Shown here: positions 36,331 through 38,141 of the stretch, in pieces
How the letters are laid out: the number at the start of each line of letters is the position of its first letter
How positions within the stretch are numbered: position 1 is the stretch's first letter
DNA from: a virus
Taxonomy: Duplodnaviria; Caudoviricetes
Virus record (IMG/VR): IMGVR_UViG_3300029145_000015
Coordinates: 1-38,141 of that record
Direction: 5' to 3' (one strand)
Length of the DNA: 38,141 bases
Program-made: the position numbers and the translations under genes
The notes under the pieces: generated by a model
Told to the model about the DNA's origin: nothing
What the model saw: the letters and a program-made list of their open reading frames with translations, nothing else
Databases searched by the model: none

Positions 36331-36504
36331 AATTGTAGCTCCGTGTGTGATAGCGCAAAAGTTAAAAAATGGTGACGGGTATTGGCCGGGATTGCTGGAT
36401 TGCTCGTATCGTACCTGTTCAATCCGCAGGGTATCCTCCTCACCGTCACACCTTCATCATACCATACCGGGGCCGGGGTGTCCAGTCCCAGTTTTGGCGG
36501 TGAT

Positions 36505-36843
36505 CTATTGGATTTTGGTCCCCGTGATTACGAATTCCAGTTGCGGGGTGCCTGTTTCGTCGTCGCAAGTCAGGGTTATCCGACGGTCGACGGCCAATCC
36601 AAGTTTGGGTTTCGCCTTGAGCCGGGTGTAATCCGCCGCTTTGGTACTCTGGTCGAATTTCAATACTTTGGGTTCCTTGCGGGCCTCGGCTATTGCCGAG
36701 AACTCCATTCGATAACCCTCCGCCGCTGATAGCGCGCGTTGCAGACTGCGGTATGCGGGGTCAAATGTCCGCATCATGTCGCGTTTACCATTGTGGATTT
36801 CCGAGACGGTGACAAACCAAATTAATCCTCGTTGCTCTTCCAT
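36505..36843 (-). CDS. hypothetical early protein
   Basis: 112-aa ORF with CAGGAG RBS and an upstream promoter. Confidence 0.7.
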   Translation of the reverse strand: MEEQRGLIWFVTVSEIHNGKRDMMRTFDPAYRSLQRALSAAEGYRMEFSAIAEARKEPKVLKFDQSTKAADYTRLKAKPKLGLAVDRRITLTCDDETGTPQLEFVITGTKIQ

Positions 36844-36888
36844 TTGTTGCTCCTGTTGTACTGGGGGCCATCCCCAGCTTGCAATTAC

Positions 36889-36918
36889 ATTATATCACGG
36901 GACCGGGCAAGGCGTCAA
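36889..36918 (-). promoter_or_regulatory. sigma70-like early promoter
   Basis: On the - strand, TTGACG, 18 nt ending TGA, TATAAT. Confidence 0.75.
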
Positions 36919-36981
36919 GTACAGTTTCATTCACGGAACGAATATTTGCCATTCGCGGGAATTATGCCTGATAGCGCATAT

Positions 36982-37293
36982 TTATGTATGCAGGACTATG
37001 TTTACCTCGTAGCTGATGATGTGGAACTCAGGCCATTTGCATTTCAGTTCGAACTCAGGTATGTGTTTCCTACTTTCTTTGTTCATAATAAAAATGCGGT
37101 GGCCGGGTTTCTCCCAAGATACGCACTCTCCGTATTTAGGCGGGTGTTCCATTCCCTCGGACAGCTCTTTAATGATTTCCTTTACCCGTTTGTATGCCAT
37201 ACCCCAATGATTATAAGCTTGGGGGTGGGGGATGAGTTTATCCCCCTCCGCGTCCGGGTAAAGCTCGGTGACAAAATGGACCTGGGTTTTCAT
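36982..37293 (-). CDS. hypothetical early protein (start uncertain)
   Basis: ATG 37293 (MKTQVHF...) avoids overlap with the upstream gene; no clear RBS. Confidence 0.55.
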   Translation of the reverse strand: MKTQVHFVTELYPDAEGDKLIPHPQAYNHWGMAYKRVKEIIKELSEGMEHPPKYGECVSWEKPGHRIFIMNKESRKHIPEFELKCKWPEFHIISYEVNIVLHT

Positions 37294-37309
37294 TATGATA
37301 GCGCGGGTT

Positions 37310-37726
37310 TCAGAACTCGTTGGGGAAATTTGTATCTTGCCAAGCGTTTGCCGCTTCTTGGATGCCTGCCTTAATAATCTGGTCAAACTCCCAGCCTCGT
37401 GCCTGTTCTTCGCGGTCAAGGTGCAGGGCCTGCTCTTCCGGGGTCAAGGAATTAAAATACCTCTTCTCTCCCTCGGCAATCAAGCACTCCGGCCACCATT
37501 CGAACTCGTCGAAATCTTGGGCCGTGATAGGTTTATCCCCGTTCCAGAAAATATGCTCCAAAAAGACCGCCCGGTCAGTGGACATTCGGGTTCCATCCGA
37601 CTCGTGCTGCTCCGCAATGGCGGCGTACTGGTGGGTTTCCATCAACCCCCGCCACTCTCTATCGCATTGGCGAATCTCATGGTTGATGAACATGGTGAAG
37701 ACCTTAGCCTGTGTGTGTGGTTTCAT
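37310..37726 (-). CDS. hypothetical early protein
   Basis: 138-aa acidic ORF with CAGGAG RBS and an upstream promoter. Confidence 0.7.
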   Translation of the reverse strand: MKPHTQAKVFTMFINHEIRQCDREWRGLMETHQYAAIAEQHESDGTRMSTDRAVFLEHIFWNGDKPITAQDFDEFEWWPECLIAEGEKRYFNSLTPEEQALHLDREEQARGWEFDQIIKAGIQEAANAWQDTNFPNEF

Positions 37727-37754
37727 GATGCATGCTCCTGTAGCCGATAGAAAA

Positions 37755-37783
37755 AGTATAGCACAGGACCCGCCCTAAGGCAA
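37755..37783 (-). promoter_or_regulatory. sigma70-like early promoter
   Basis: On the - strand, TTGCCT, 17 nt ending TGC, TATACT. Confidence 0.7.
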
Positions 37784-37799
37784 GCCCTGATAGCGCAAA

Positions 37800-38066
37800 C
37801 TAGCAAATGGCATTTGCCTCCATCCACCGGCGGCTTTCTTCCCACCGAAATGCTTCAACCTCGTATTCCAAGTCGTCCGGCCTCATATCGAAACGGGTTG
37901 CCACCTGATCGATGATGCGCTCGTATTGATTCTTCTGTATCCGGGCGTGGGCCGGGCCAGAAAACTCGCCGCCGTCGAAATGAGAGTCGGCCTCTTCGGC
38001 CAATTCAAGGGACGGGGCGATCTGGGACCAAAGGCGAAGGACTGCCTTGATAGCTGCCTTGTTCAT
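37800..38066 (-). CDS. hypothetical early protein
   Basis: 88-aa ORF with CAGGAG RBS. Confidence 0.7.
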   Translation of the reverse strand: MNKAAIKAVLRLWSQIAPSLELAEEADSHFDGGEFSGPAHARIQKNQYERIIDQVATRFDMRPDDLEYEVEAFRWEESRRWMEANAIC

Positions 38067-38141
38067 GTTGTGGCTCCTGATAGCGCGGCTTGCTGGTTTA
38101 AGGGTTTGAACTCTCCCGGCGCCGCTGTGCCGGAAAAAGAT

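Larger units (their letters stand above)
10666..38086 (+). repeat. dispersed, strand-polarised 9-mer TGATAGCGC (15 exact copies)
   Basis: Exact copies start at 10666, 24209, 27148, 30552, 32207, 34007, 34918, 35462, 35983, 36348, 36727, 36969, 37296, 37788 and 38078. GGATAGCGC variants occur at 21206 and 33194. Confidence 0.9.

Noticed and set aside
32207-38086. 9-mer repeats as a CRISPR array or tandem repeat
   Set aside because: The repeat is only 9 nt, the gaps are hundreds to thousands of nt and contain genes, and no cas genes are present.
1-38141. Terminal direct repeats, integrase/att sites, tRNAs or phage RNA polymerase
   Set aside because: None recognised by eye. The two window ends do not share sequence, so termini and completeness cannot be confirmed.

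Overview
The window looks like a complete or nearly complete (~38 kb) genome of a lytic podovirus-type dsDNA phage. It has T7-like virion genes, but I found no RNA polymerase or integrase. The + strand (199-21000) is the late operon: small and large terminase, portal, scaffold, major capsid, an SGNH hydrolase, a lysis cassette, tail tube proteins, two fibre-like proteins, three ejection proteins and an HNH protein. The - strand (38066-20936) carries small early genes, a SNF2-like helicase, SSB-like proteins, a family A DNA polymerase and a PrimPol-helicase. It also carries a 2-aminoadenine (Z-genome) cluster: PurZ, an HD-domain DatZ and a stand-alone DUF5664-like protein, with a DpoZ-type polymerase nearby, an organisation resembling Vibrio phage phiVC8. 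The most unusual unexplained signal is the non-palindromic 9-mer TGATAGCGC. I counted 15 exact copies by eye, all on the + strand, and their spacing widens from about 0.3 kb at the right (early-gene) end to about 3 kb inward. Other leads are a capsid 5' leader containing the same bulged RNA helix twice, a sulfotransferase-like early gene and a possibly leaderless ORF overlapping terS. All product calls come from motif recognition by eye; no database searches were run.
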